A stretch of 64,000 bases of DNA, from NCBI GenBank assembly GCA_963695555.1, contig CAVOGR010000007.1, forward strand, positions 672,001 to 736,000, given 5' to 3'. The notes under the pieces are model-generated. The model was not told where the DNA came from, searched no databases, and saw only the letters and a program-made list of their open reading frames with translations. The stretch is from an uncultured Gemmatimonadales bacterium. Its GTDB lineage: Bacteria; Gemmatimonadota; Gemmatimonadetes; Gemmatimonadales; GWC2-71-9. Both the position numbers and the translations under genes were made by a program. This document shows positions 43,843-53,908 of the stretch, piece by piece. Positions within the stretch are counted from its first letter, which is position 1. Every line of letters begins with the position of its first letter.

Positions 43843-45003
43843 TCAGCGCGACGTCGTTCGAACGATCCGCAGGCGGCTGGCCGCTTCGCGGAGCAGATCC
43901 TCGGTCTTGCAGAAGGCAAACCGCACGAAGGTGCGCCCGTCCTCGGGCCCGCTGTAGAAGCTCGATCCCGGCACTGGTGCGACACCGATGTCACGGGTCA
44001 GCCAATGGGCAAATTCCACGTCCGACTGGTCGCTCAGGTCGGAAAAATCGGCAAGGACGTAGTAGGCACCTTCCGGATACCGCAGCCGAAACCCCGCATC
44101 CACCAGGGCCCCGCAGAGGAGGTCTCGACGGACGCGATACTCCGACGCCAGTAACCGATAGTACGACTGGTCCAACGTCTCGAGCCCTATCGCCACGGCC
44201 TCCTGAAGCGGGGCCGGCGCACCGACGGTGAGAAAGTCGTGCACTTTGCGGATAGCGTCGGTCAGATCCTGCGGAGCCACGATGGTTCCGACCCGCCACC
44301 CGGTCACGCTGAACGTCTTGGACGCGCCGCTGACGGTGACGGTCCGGTTGGCCATCTCCGGCAGCGTCGCGATTGGGATGTGCTTTCCTTCATAGTAGAT
44401 GTGCTCGTAGATCTCATCGGTGATGGCATAGGCGTCATGGCGGACACAGAGCTCCGCAATTGCCGTCAGCTCCTCGAGCGACAGCACCCGTCCCGTCGGG
44501 TTGTTCGGCGTATTGACGATGATCGCCCTGGTCTTGGGCCCGAACGCGGCGGCGAGGCGGTCGAGATCGAGCGGCTCGCCCGGGCGGAACGGGACGTAGA
44601 CCGGACGCGCGTCGCACAGGATCGCGTCCGGCCCGTAGTTCTCATAGAAGGGCTCCAATACCACCACCTCGTCGCCCGGATTCACCAGGGCGAGCATCAC
44701 CGAGGCCATAGCTTCGGTGGCGCCGCAGGTGACGGTGATTTCCGCCACCGGATCGACCGCCATCCCGTACCAAGTGGCGTACTTCGCGACGAGGGCGCGG
44801 CGCAGCCGCTCGCTGCCCCATGTAATGGCATATTGATTGATGTCGTCATGGATCGCCTGGGCGGCAGCGCGCTTGAGCACGTCGGGCGCGGGAAAATTCG
44901 GGAATCCCTGCGCCAAGTTGATGGCGCCGTGTTCGTTGGCGAGGCGGGTCATGCCCCGGATTACCGATTCGCTGAAGGTGTGCGTGCGGACCGCAGTTCG
45001 CAT
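43843..45003 (-). CDS. PLP-dependent aminotransferase class I/II (YbdL/DapC-like)
   Basis: INLAQGFP, NTPNNPTG, DEIY, SKTFSVTGWRVG, RFAFCK. Confidence 0.92.
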   Translation of the reverse strand: MRTAVRTHTFSESVIRGMTRLANEHGAINLAQGFPNFPAPDVLKRAAAQAIHDDINQYAITWGSERLRRALVAKYATWYGMAVDPVAEITVTCGATEAMASVMLALVNPGDEVVVLEPFYENYGPDAILCDARPVYVPFRPGEPLDLDRLAAAFGPKTRAIIVNTPNNPTGRVLSLEELTAIAELCVRHDAYAITDEIYEHIYYEGKHIPIATLPEMANRTVTVSGASKTFSVTGWRVGTIVAPQDLTDAIRKVHDFLTVGAPAPLQEAVAIGLETLDQSYYRLLASEYRVRRDLLCGALVDAGFRLRYPEGAYYVLADFSDLSDQSDVEFAHWLTRDIGVAPVPGSSFYSGPEDGRTFVRFAFCKTEDLLREAASRLRIVRTTSR

Positions 45004-45127
45004 CAGGTGGCCTCGAGACAAGAGTGGTGTACCGCTGCGCCGGCGCTGGGGTTCCGATGCCCTCGGGACAAGGTAACTTTCCGGCCGGTACACGCGAGAT
45101 ATCCCCTTCACTCAGCCACAGGATCCC

Positions 45128-45550
45128 ATGGTTGGACGCGAGGTTCCCGGCCCGGACACGAAGGCCCGCATCATCCATGGCGTGATGGTGGGAGCGACGA
45201 TTGCGGTGCCCACCATTCTGGCAACGGTTCGCATCGTGGCGGGCTCGACGGGCACGGAACAACCGGCCCGGATTCTCGCGGTGATCGCCCCGGCAGCCGC
45301 AGGGTTGGCCGTGGTCGTCAGCCTCATCCTGCGTGGCCGGCTGGCATCCCAGCCGGCATCCGCGGGACGCGACGCCTGGTGGACGGCCAACCTGGGGACG
45401 GCGGTGGCCCTGTGGAGCCTGGCCGAGGGGACCGGCCTTTTGGCAGGCGTGGCATATTTCCTCACCGGCAACCTGCCTGCCACCCTGCTCGCGTTTTCCA
45501 TCGCCATTCTGCTGCTGCTCATGTACGCGCCCAGCCGTCTGGGCGAGTAA
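45128..45550 (+). CDS. hypothetical membrane protein (~4 TM)
   Basis: Hydrophobic segments; WSLAEG motif. Confidence 0.7.
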   Translation: MVGREVPGPDTKARIIHGVMVGATIAVPTILATVRIVAGSTGTEQPARILAVIAPAAAGLAVVVSLILRGRLASQPASAGRDAWWTANLGTAVALWSLAEGTGLLAGVAYFLTGNLPATLLAFSIAILLLLMYAPSRLGE

Positions 45551-45577
45551 CACTTTTCACCTCAGGGCTTCGCCATC

Positions 45578-46645
45578 ATGAATCAGCGCGCGCTTGACTT
45601 CCTCACGTCCCTGCTCGATGCCCCCGGCCCATCGGGGTTCGAAATGCTGCCGGCCCGGGCCTGGCGCCGTGAGGCCGAGACATTCGCCGACGAGGTCCGC
45701 GTCGATGTCGGCGGTAACTCGTACGCCATCATCAACTCCACCGGCCGTCCCCACATCATGTTCGCCGGGCACATCGATGAAATCGGCCTCATGGTCGTGC
45801 ATATCGATGACGAGGGGTTCCTGTCATTCGACACGATCGGCGGCTGGGATCACCAAGTGTTCGTTGGGCAGCGCGTTGTGCTCCTGGGACGTGACGCAGT
45901 TGTGCATGGGGTCATTGGGAAGAAGGCGATTCACCTCATGGAGGAGGAAGACCGTAAGAAGGTCTCCAAGGCGAGCGACCTCTGGATCGACATCGGCGCG
46001 GCGACCAAGGCCGAGGCCCTGGCGCGCGTGCGCGTTGGCGATCCCGGTGTGCTGGCCTCGCAGGTCCAGCGATTCCCCAATGGCCGCCTCGTGAGCCGCA
46101 GCATCGACGACCGGATCGGAGCGTTTGTGGTTCTGGAGGCGTTGCGCCTGCTGGCCAAAGACCGTCCAACTGCGGCCGTGACCGCCGTAGCGACGTCACA
46201 GGAAGAGATCGGCTACTCCGGCGGCGGTGCGCGAACGTCGGCGACCGGGCTCGAAGCCGACGTGGCCATCGTCGTGGACGTGACGCATGCGACCGACCAT
46301 CCTGGTGCCGAGAAGAGGAAGCATGGCGACATCAAACTTGGAGCGGGACCCGTGCTTAGTCGGGGATCCGTGGTCAGTACCGTGGTCTTCGAACGACTGC
46401 TCGAGGCGGCAGAGGCCGAGGGGATTCCCTACGCCCTCCAGGCGGCTCCCCGGGTTACCGGAACCGATGCGGATGCAATATCAACCGCGCATCGCGGCGT
46501 AGCCACGGGACTCGTGTCCGTGCCAAACCGCTACATGCACAGCCCGAATGAAATGGTCATGTTGGAAGATCTGGAGCGTGCGGCACACCTGCTCGCCGCG
46601 TTTGCGCGGCGGACTGGCCCTGATTCCAAGTTTTCGCCGGAGTAG
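45578..46645 (+). CDS. M42-family metalloaminopeptidase
   Basis: GPSGFE, GHIDEIG, IDDR, SQEEIG, VDVT, RYMHSP. Confidence 0.93.
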   Translation: MNQRALDFLTSLLDAPGPSGFEMLPARAWRREAETFADEVRVDVGGNSYAIINSTGRPHIMFAGHIDEIGLMVVHIDDEGFLSFDTIGGWDHQVFVGQRVVLLGRDAVVHGVIGKKAIHLMEEEDRKKVSKASDLWIDIGAATKAEALARVRVGDPGVLASQVQRFPNGRLVSRSIDDRIGAFVVLEALRLLAKDRPTAAVTAVATSQEEIGYSGGGARTSATGLEADVAIVVDVTHATDHPGAEKRKHGDIKLGAGPVLSRGSVVSTVVFERLLEAAEAEGIPYALQAAPRVTGTDADAISTAHRGVATGLVSVPNRYMHSPNEMVMLEDLERAAHLLAAFARRTGPDSKFSPE

Positions 46646-46650
46646 GACGA

Positions 46651-48165
46651 TCAGTCGTCGGTTCTGAGATCGGCCAAGCCCTGCTGGGCCGCCTCTCGAA
46701 CCGACTCGTCATCATCGGTAAGGAAGTCCTGCAGTGCGCTGGTGGCCACCGGTCCACCCGCGAGGCCGAGCCCTTCCACTGCCGCGACGCGGGCGGCCGA
46801 CCGCTTTCGTCCGAACACTTTTCGCTTGGGCTCCGCAGAGCGCAACAGCGTCTGGACGGCGTCCGGCGAGCCGATCCGCCCCAAGGCCAGGCAGATCTCC
46901 TGCAACACCTCCGGGTTGTCCTCTTCCTCCAACCGGAGAGAGAGTGTCATGACGAGGCCCCGCCCTGTTTCACGGTTGATGCCCTGCACGGCATCGAGCC
47001 GGACCATGACCGAGGAATCCCACAGTGCCTTCCGAAGCGACTGGGCCACGGCGGGCGATCCGATCTTGCCCAACGCCGCAGCGACGGCTCGGCGCACCCG
47101 CTCATCCTCGTGCTCAACCTGTGATGAGAGTGACGGAATGGCGTCGATCAAACGCAGCTCGCCGCACAGCTCCGCGATGTTTCGCACCACAAACCAGTCT
47201 TGATGGTCGAGTCGGTTGATGATTCCACGCTTCCCCTCCCGCATGTGGCTCAACATGCTGAAATAGCCACGTCGTTCGGCCAGGGTCGGTGCGGCCGCCA
47301 GGAGCTCCAGCAGCACCTCGGTCGGCTCCGCGCCGAGCCGATTGAAGAGCGCGACTGCATCGGACCGGCCGATTCCTTCCATTGCCACCATGCGAGCGAG
47401 AGTCTCCTGGACTGGGCGCGGCAGGACGCGGCGTAACAACGTCACATAGCGTTCCTTGATCCGCGGATCCGTCTCGTGCGCCTCTTCCTGAAAGAGCTGA
47501 ATGAGGAGCTTCAGGAACTCGTCCCAGTCCCCACGCTCGGAGGCCGCCCTGACCCGCGGCTCGATCTCCTTGAGGAGGCTTCCCTTACGGGGATCCGGTT
47601 GGATCGGTCCGATCAGGTATTCCTCGTCCCCCGGAGCCGGCCGTATGAGGCCCGGCAAGAGGCCCGCACCGGACTCGTCAATGCGAGCCTCGGGCGCCTG
47701 GGTCCCTGCCGCCATTTCATCCCCATCGGAATCCGCGCTCGGGAGGTTGATGAGACCATCCGCCGCCGGCATGTCATGGCCGGTCAGGACCTGGATCTCT
47801 CCGGTGCTCGCAGGATCGAATTGGTCGATGAACTCCTGGGAGCTGCCCGGAGTGCCGGGATGGGCCAGCGCTCGGAGGAGGGCCAGGAGCATGGCCGGGT
47901 GCACCCGAGGAGGGATTCGAATCTCGCGAATTCCCGCGCCCCGCATGGCATCCTGCAGCTCGCCCAGTCCGGGTGTGCCGGCCGGCAGGACGAAGCCGCC
48001 GACCGCGAGCCCCGAGCTGTCCACCGAGAAGCGGAGGCCGTCATCGACCAGCTCGGCTTGCAGGTCCAGAAAGGCCGCCTTGTGCTGTTCGCGGGCCTCC
48101 GGCGCCACGCGCAGGAGATGCACGAGTTGCGCGAGCTTAGTGGCGATGGATGACGGTGCGCTCAT
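46651..48165 (-). CDS. HEAT-repeat protein
   Basis: Repeated DWFVVRN / DERVRRAVAAALGKIG / ALGRIG / DESVREAA units. Confidence 0.85.
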   Translation of the reverse strand: MSAPSSIATKLAQLVHLLRVAPEAREQHKAAFLDLQAELVDDGLRFSVDSSGLAVGGFVLPAGTPGLGELQDAMRGAGIREIRIPPRVHPAMLLALLRALAHPGTPGSSQEFIDQFDPASTGEIQVLTGHDMPAADGLINLPSADSDGDEMAAGTQAPEARIDESGAGLLPGLIRPAPGDEEYLIGPIQPDPRKGSLLKEIEPRVRAASERGDWDEFLKLLIQLFQEEAHETDPRIKERYVTLLRRVLPRPVQETLARMVAMEGIGRSDAVALFNRLGAEPTEVLLELLAAAPTLAERRGYFSMLSHMREGKRGIINRLDHQDWFVVRNIAELCGELRLIDAIPSLSSQVEHEDERVRRAVAAALGKIGSPAVAQSLRKALWDSSVMVRLDAVQGINRETGRGLVMTLSLRLEEEDNPEVLQEICLALGRIGSPDAVQTLLRSAEPKRKVFGRKRSAARVAAVEGLGLAGGPVATSALQDFLTDDDESVREAAQQGLADLRTDD

Positions 48166-48202
48166 GACGCTCGGAGAAGGGCTGCCAAGAGTTGGGTGGT
48201 GT

Positions 48203-49024
48203 TCAAGATACCGGGGCGCCGGAAGGGCGGCAACGTTCTGCGAGGGCCCGGGCCACATCGGTGGCCCGCCAGGAATCGGTGGCGAGCGAGAGCCGCTGCG
48301 CCAACAGCGCGGGGGCCGGCAGCGGTAGGCCCAAGGCGTCACCATCAGCAAGCACCCCGGCCACGTCACCGTCACGAACGATGTGCCTGTCGCGCAGGAC
48401 CACAGCCCGATCGAGAACCTCGATGGCAAAGTCCGTGTCGTGACTCACCGCAAGCACGGCGCATCCCCCATCCCGACGGGCACGCACAACTCGGGCTACG
48501 GTTTGCCGCGAGACCCGATCCAATCCATTGGTCGGCTCGTCCAGGATGAGTAAGCGCGGACCGACTACCAGCGCGCAGGCCAGCGCCACGAGCCTGCGAC
48601 GGGCAGCCGGAAGGTCGTAGGGATGGACAAGAGCCACATCGGTGAGTTCAAGCTCGTCGAGAATGGTCGCGGTGGCCTCGGTGGTTTGGGCCGCGGGCCA
48701 ACCGAGCTGCCTGGGGCCAAACCCGATCTCAGCCTGAACACTGCGCTCGACCAGCTGCGCCTCGGGGTTCTGGAACAGGTAGCCCACCGAGGCTGCGAGG
48801 TCCTCCGGTCCAAGGCCGTCGGTTGATCGATTCACGGTTGTCACCGTGCCGCGCGAAGGGTGCCGCATCGCCATCGCCAAGCGGGTGAGGGTGGTCTTCC
48901 CCGCCCCATTGGAGCCCAGCAGCGCCACACCCTCCCCTGCCGTGATCTCGAGCGACACGCCCTCGAGCACGGGCGTCGACCCGTAGGCGAAGTCCACAGT
49001 CGACATTCGGAGCACCACGTTCAT
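48203..49024 (-). CDS. ECF transporter ATPase A'
   Basis: GSNGAGKTT, FQNPE, LDEPT, VSHD; degenerate signature LPAAR. Confidence 0.9.
   Translation of the reverse strand: MNVVLRMSTVDFAYGSTPVLEGVSLEITAGEGVALLGSNGAGKTTLTRLAMAMRHPSRGTVTTVNRSTDGLGPEDLAASVGYLFQNPEAQLVERSVQAEIGFGPRQLGWPAAQTTEATATILDELELTDVALVHPYDLPAARRRLVALACALVVGPRLLILDEPTNGLDRVSRQTVARVVRARRDGGCAVLAVSHDTDFAIEVLDRAVVLRDRHIVRDGDVAGVLADGDALGLPLPAPALLAQRLSLATDSWRATDVARALAERCRPSGAPVS
48205..48233 (-). promoter_or_regulatory. sigma70-like promoter for the HEAT gene, inside the 3' end of the ECF ATPase
   Basis: TTGCCG-N17-TATCTT on minus strand. Confidence 0.5.
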
Positions 49025-49860
49025 CGCCACCGGACAAGCCCCTCCGCCACCGTCACCGGATAAGGCGCAGCGAGAAGCGGCGATTCAACCAGCCGCCCGG
49101 CGGCGCGCGCCAATCCCGCGACAGAGGTGGATCCCGGCCCTCGGTCCCAAATCGCGTCACCCGCGAGCACGACGCCCGGTGCCCCGTCCAGCACCGGGCG
49201 TCCGTCGTTCAGCACGATCACACGATCGGCCACCGTCGAGAGTGCGTCGGCGTCTTCACTGGCCAGGATCACGATCGCGCCGGCATCCGCCTCGGCACGG
49301 AACAATTCGTAAGTCCGAATCCGACCGCTCTGGTCGAGCGACGACGCAGGCTCGTCGAGCAACCAGACTTTCGGTTGGAGCACCGCCATCGAGGCGATGA
49401 CGGTGCGCTGCAACTCTCCCCCGGACAGCGTCCGCGGTGAGCGATGGGCCAGATGCTCGATCCCCAACAACCCCAGCGCCCGGTCTGCGGCCGACCGGAT
49501 GCGCTCGATGGGCCAGCCGAGGTTTGCCGGGGTGAACGCCACCTCCTCCCAAACCGTGGCGGCGATACCCGAGAGTTGGAGCTCCGGGGTGGCGGTGACG
49601 AATCCAATCTGGCCGGACCGGGCCGATTCGGTCGTCTGGGGATCTCGGCCCAAGAGCGAGACCGTGCCGGCGAGCGTGCCGCCGGTGTGGCGCGGAGCGA
49701 GACCCGCCGCGACGAGGAGCAACGTGGTGCATCCCGCGCCGAGCGGCCCGAACAGCCAGGTGATTTCCCCGGCCCGAAACTCGAGCGATACGCCATCCAA
49801 GACGTCGATCGTGCTGGCGGCATACCGAAACGACACCCCGTCGAAGGTCACATCGGCCAC
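49021..49860 (-). CDS. ECF transporter ATPase A with degenerate Walker A (start 49860 or 49851)
   Basis: GPLGAGCTT, LSGGE, LLDEP, ASED in place of the H-loop. Confidence 0.88.
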   Translation of the reverse strand: MADVTFDGVSFRYAASTIDVLDGVSLEFRAGEITWLFGPLGAGCTTLLLVAAGLAPRHTGGTLAGTVSLLGRDPQTTESARSGQIGFVTATPELQLSGIAATVWEEVAFTPANLGWPIERIRSAADRALGLLGIEHLAHRSPRTLSGGELQRTVIASMAVLQPKVWLLDEPASSLDQSGRIRTYELFRAEADAGAIVILASEDADALSTVADRVIVLNDGRPVLDGAPGVVLAGDAIWDRGPGSTSVAGLARAAGRLVESPLLAAPYPVTVAEGLVRWR

Positions 49861-50609
49861 GACGTGAGCCTCCCGACAAGGGCAAGCAGCACCAGGAGCA
49901 AGAGACTCCATCGAATCGTGCGATCGGCCAGCGTATCCGCCGGCGGATCGAGCGGCGTTCGCTTCCCCCCGACGGCTACGGCACGCATCTCGAGCGCGTG
50001 GGCGCGTTCGTCGACTTCGGCAAGAGCACCGAGAATGAGGGGAAGGGCGAGGGGAACAACGGCACGGGCGCGGGCCAAGGCGCCGCCGCTGTACCGAAGG
50101 CCGCGGGTCCGCTGTGCCTCGATGCTGGCACCGGCCCGATCCAGGAACGCCGGCAGCGCATGAAGCGTGGCAACGAAGAGATAGGAGAAATGCATCGGCC
50201 ATCCTCGGGCCGCCACGGCATTCAGGAACCGTGATGGATCGAAGGCGTGGTAGAAGCCGAGCGAGGCGGTGATGATGGCGCCGAAGCGGCCCGCTTGCAC
50301 CAGCGCCGCTATTGTGCCATCGGCGGAAAGCGTGAGCGGCCCCAGGCTCGTCGTCGGGCCGCCGCCCAAGAGCCCGTGCAGGACGAAGAGAAAGACCCAG
50401 AGCGGCAGGCACACGATCACGCCCTGCCGGATGGCGCGCCCCACGCCGCAGATGGCGACCAGGACGACGCAGGCTCCATACAAAAGGAGGGGTCCCCACG
50501 GTGTTGGAACGAGGAACGCCAGCACCGTCACCGCAATTGCGGTGGACAAACCGGTCAGAGGATGGGCCCGGCGGGCGAGGCCGGGTGATGCAGCGCCGGG
50601 AGCCGTCAC
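49848..50609 (-). CDS. ECF transporter transmembrane component T
   Basis: HP start motif, EAQRTRG and ALEMRA coupling helices. Confidence 0.9.
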   Translation of the reverse strand: MTAPGAASPGLARRAHPLTGLSTAIAVTVLAFLVPTPWGPLLLYGACVVLVAICGVGRAIRQGVIVCLPLWVFLFVLHGLLGGGPTTSLGPLTLSADGTIAALVQAGRFGAIITASLGFYHAFDPSRFLNAVAARGWPMHFSYLFVATLHALPAFLDRAGASIEAQRTRGLRYSGGALARARAVVPLALPLILGALAEVDERAHALEMRAVAVGGKRTPLDPPADTLADRTIRWSLLLLVLLALVGRLTSWPM

Positions 50610-51175
50610 CGGCCCAGCGCGCGGAGAGCCAGCGGGTAACGACTGATCATGCGCACGGGGAGGCTTCGGAGCGCGACCCCCACCAACGCAAACGTCAGCG
50701 CCTTATCGATCACATCGGTCACCAGGCTCGAGAGCGCGACGGCCCATGGTAGATCAGTCCCTGCACCGACCAGCACGGTGGTCAGGAAGGTGACACCCCC
50801 TGCCGTCACGCCCTTGAAGGCCAGGTACGAGATGAAGGCTGAGAGGGCCCCGCCGGCCAAACCCAGCAGGCATCCCCAGACGATGGACACGCCAAAGTTT
50901 CGAAACCCGCCCTGCCGTGCCGCGAAATAGGCGAGGAGGGCGATCAATACCTGGATCGGAGCAAACGCGAGCCACACGTATCCGGACACGAACGCGGCGA
51001 AAACCTGGCTGATCAGACCGGTGGCAATACCGGCGCCCAGGCCCGCCAAGGCTGAAACGAGTATGGTGCCAACCGCGTCGAGATATACCGGGAGGCTGAG
51101 CTCCGCGACAATCCGGCCGATCGCCACGTTGATGGCCACGGCCAGCGGAATGAGTGCGAGAAGACGAGAAGACAC
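50606..51175 (-). CDS. ECF transporter S component (QrtT/STY3230-like by recall; possible nucleoside or queuosine-precursor uptake)
   Basis: AVAINV.IG...LPVYLDAVGT, FAP, GVTAGG, DKALT. Confidence 0.8.
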   Translation of the reverse strand: MSSRLLALIPLAVAINVAIGRIVAELSLPVYLDAVGTILVSALAGLGAGIATGLISQVFAAFVSGYVWLAFAPIQVLIALLAYFAARQGGFRNFGVSIVWGCLLGLAGGALSAFISYLAFKGVTAGGVTFLTTVLVGAGTDLPWAVALSSLVTDVIDKALTFALVGVALRSLPVRMISRYPLALRALGR

Positions 51176-51287
51176 GAAGACGCCGGCCCTGGTTATGATT
51201 CATGCTCCGCGAAACGCCCGAGGCCCTGGAACCCTGCCTGGGCAACGAGACCGTCAACCCTGATAAACTACCTAGGCTCATCGACTT

Positions 51288-52553
51288 ATGAAACGCATCA
51301 TTGTTCTGGCCGTTCTGCTGGCGGGCCCGGCGGCTAGTCTATCCGCCCAGCGCACACCCGCAGCCCGCCAGGTGCTCGAAGACATCCAATTCCTTGCCGA
51401 TGACCGTCTGGGCGGCCGCCTGACCGGATCCGCCGGGGCGGACACCGCCGCCGCATACCTGATCCGGCGCATGGAACAGGCGGGGCTGCAAGCACCGCCG
51501 TCCGGGTGGATCCAACAGTTTGTGGTGGCGGCTGATGCCCCAATGGCACAGCACACCGGCGCGGGGGGGGTCACCGGAGGCAACGTGATCGGCGTCCTGC
51601 CCGGGCGTGACCCCGAGCTTCGCAATGAGACCGTCATCGTCGGCGCCCACTATGATCATCTCGGGCTGGGTGGCGCCGGCGCTCTCGACCCAGACAACAC
51701 TGGGTTCGTCCACAACGGCGCGGACGACAACGCGTCGGGAACGTCGGCCCTGCTCTACATCGCACGCCGGCTGAGTGGCAATCCGCCCGCCCGCACGGTC
51801 GTGTTCATCTCGTTCAGCGGAGAGGAACTCGGGTTGCTCGGATCCTCGTTCTATACCAAGAACCCGGTGTACCCTCTCGCCCGGACAGTGGCGATGGTCA
51901 ATCTCGACATGGTCGGCCGCCTTCGGAACGACCGGTTGCTCGCGTTTGGCGTCGAGACAGCCACCGAATTTCCGACCTTGCTCGACTCGCTCAACTGGTA
52001 CGCCGGCTTCGACCTCAAGGCTTCGGGCGACGGGTACGGTCCCAGCGATCACGCGTCGTTCTACGCCGCCAAGCTTCCGGTGATCCACCTGTTCACCGAT
52101 TTGCACGAGGACTACCATCGCGCGAGCGATGACGCCGACAAGATCAATGCCGATGGATTGGTGCGCGTGGCCGACTTCGCCGTCGGCCTGGTGCAGGCGC
52201 TGGCCAACCGGCAGCAGAGCCTGACCTACGTGGAACGCCCGGCGCCAGCGCCGCGCGTAGCCAGTGACAGTCCCGGTGGGGAGCGCGCCTGGTTCGGGTC
52301 CATTCCCGACATGGCCGGCGGCGTGACCGGCGTGCGATTCTCGGGCGTCAGCAAGGGAAGTCCGGCCGAGCAGGCGGGCATGCAGACCGGCGACATCCTG
52401 ATTCGGCTCGGAGCCTATGAAATCGAGAACCTCCAGGCCATGTCCGACGCGCTGGGGACCTACAAGCCCGGCGACGAGGCCGAAGCCGTCGTGCTCCGCG
52501 GGGGCCAGGAACTCCGGTTCCGCGTGACGTTTGCCAGCCGGTCCAATCGGTGA
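51288..52553 (+). CDS. exported M28 peptidase with C-terminal PDZ domain
   Basis: Signal peptide, GAHYDHLG, GADDNASG, GEELG, NLDMVG, SDH, YH; PDZ GSPAEQAGM..GD. Confidence 0.92.
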   Translation: MKRIIVLAVLLAGPAASLSAQRTPAARQVLEDIQFLADDRLGGRLTGSAGADTAAAYLIRRMEQAGLQAPPSGWIQQFVVAADAPMAQHTGAGGVTGGNVIGVLPGRDPELRNETVIVGAHYDHLGLGGAGALDPDNTGFVHNGADDNASGTSALLYIARRLSGNPPARTVVFISFSGEELGLLGSSFYTKNPVYPLARTVAMVNLDMVGRLRNDRLLAFGVETATEFPTLLDSLNWYAGFDLKASGDGYGPSDHASFYAAKLPVIHLFTDLHEDYHRASDDADKINADGLVRVADFAVGLVQALANRQQSLTYVERPAPAPRVASDSPGGERAWFGSIPDMAGGVTGVRFSGVSKGSPAEQAGMQTGDILIRLGAYEIENLQAMSDALGTYKPGDEAEAVVLRGGQELRFRVTFASRSNR

Positions 52554-53005
52554 CCGTACTCCCCGCGGACCACGTGGTCGCCGCCCTGCGGGGAGCGTTT
52601 GCGCGCGAGGCGACACGTGCCGAGTTGCTCCAGCTCGCGGCCACCAAGATTCAGGCGGCCGGTCCGCCGTACACGTCGGTATACCTCTATATGGTGGACG
52701 GAGAGGAACTCGTCCTGGACGCGTATGCCGGCCGAGCCACGGAGCATACCAGAATTCCGGTGGGCCAGGGCATCTGCGGCACGGCAGTGGCGACGGGCAC
52801 GGACCAGAACATCGGCGATGTCAGTCAGGCGTCCGGATATCTGGCGTGCAACCTCGAGACCGCGTCGGAGTTGGTAGTGCTGATTCGCCGCGGCGGTACG
52901 ATCCTCGGACAGATCGACGTCGACAGCGACCTCCCCGATCCCTTCACAGCCGAGGAGGAGTCCGCTGTTCGGCGCGTGGCGGACGCGATCGCGGTCCTGT
53001 TGTGA
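52550..53005 (+). CDS. GAF-domain protein, free methionine-R-sulfoxide reductase (MsrC)-like, two-Cys type
   Basis: RIPVGQGICG, DV....GYLAC...ASELVV, GQIDVDS. Confidence 0.85.
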   Translation: MTVLPADHVVAALRGAFAREATRAELLQLAATKIQAAGPPYTSVYLYMVDGEELVLDAYAGRATEHTRIPVGQGICGTAVATGTDQNIGDVSQASGYLACNLETASELVVLIRRGGTILGQIDVDSDLPDPFTAEEESAVRRVADAIAVLL

Positions 53006-53041
53006 GCTGGGGTTCGAATCGGCCACGCTGATCGGCTGCAG

Positions 53042-53908
53042 ATGAAGCGTGACACGCCTCGGACCCTGATGCGACACCTCCGCGGGGTCAACCTCTTCGA
53101 GCGCCGTTTTGGAAGCGGTCCTCCCACCGTCGTCCTTCATGGCGGACCAGGCGCACACCATGACTATCTCCTCCCTGCCATGGACGCCCTGGATCGCGGT
53201 CGGACCTTGGTGTATTACGACCAGCGCGGCGGCGGCCGGTCGCCGGTCGACCGGCCGGTCCCGGTAGGCTGGCGCGAACATGTGGCCGACCTCGAGGCCC
53301 TGCGCGTCCAGTGGCGCCTCGATCGCCTGACACTCCTCGGGTATTCCTGGGGTGGCCTGCTCGCGCTGCTCTACGCCACCGAATTCCCGACCCACGTCGC
53401 CAAGCTTGCACTGGTCTCACCGGCCCCTGCGTGGCACACGGCGCGCGATGAATTCGAGCGACGTTTCGCCGAGCGGAACACGGCCCCGGCACTCGAGGCA
53501 GAACGCCGGACGCTCCGCGAGTCCGGCCTCCGCGAGCAAGACCCGGATGCCTATCGCCAGCGACTGTTCGAGCTATCCGTGACGGCCTACTTCTACGACC
53601 CGACCCGGGTGCGCCAGCTCACGCCTTTTCGCGTCACCGGACGCACCCAGAGCGAGGTGTGGGACAGCCTCGGCGACTTCGACCTCCGACCATCCCTTCG
53701 CCGGTTGGATATCCCGGCCGTCGTGCTTCACGGCGACCACGACGTGATTCCGGTCGAAGCGTCCCGCCAGCTGGCGGACGCGTTCGACGCACCGTTTCAT
53801 CTGCTGCCCAACTGCGGGCACGTTCCCTACATCGAGGCCTTCGACCAGTTCGTCGTCGTCCTGGATGACTTCCTACCCCGAGCTGATCCCCAGCACGCAT
53901 CCCGATGA
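53042..53908 (+). CDS. alpha/beta hydrolase, proline iminopeptidase-like (S33)
   Basis: HGGPG, YDQRGGGRS, GYSWGG, GDHD, GH. Confidence 0.88.
   Translation: MKRDTPRTLMRHLRGVNLFERRFGSGPPTVVLHGGPGAHHDYLLPAMDALDRGRTLVYYDQRGGGRSPVDRPVPVGWREHVADLEALRVQWRLDRLTLLGYSWGGLLALLYATEFPTHVAKLALVSPAPAWHTARDEFERRFAERNTAPALEAERRTLRESGLREQDPDAYRQRLFELSVTAYFYDPTRVRQLTPFRVTGRTQSEVWDSLGDFDLRPSLRRLDIPAVVLHGDHDVIPVEASRQLADAFDAPFHLLPNCGHVPYIEAFDQFVVVLDDFLPRADPQHASR

Noticed and set aside
51176..51287. preQ1 riboswitch upstream of the ECF S component
   Set aside because: GGGTTCCAG on the minus strand resembles the loop start, but there is no closing stem with an A-rich tail
53006..53025. tRNA-like T-arm word GGTTCGAATC
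   Set aside because: No acceptor, D or anticodon arms; only a 36-nt gap and no integrase nearby
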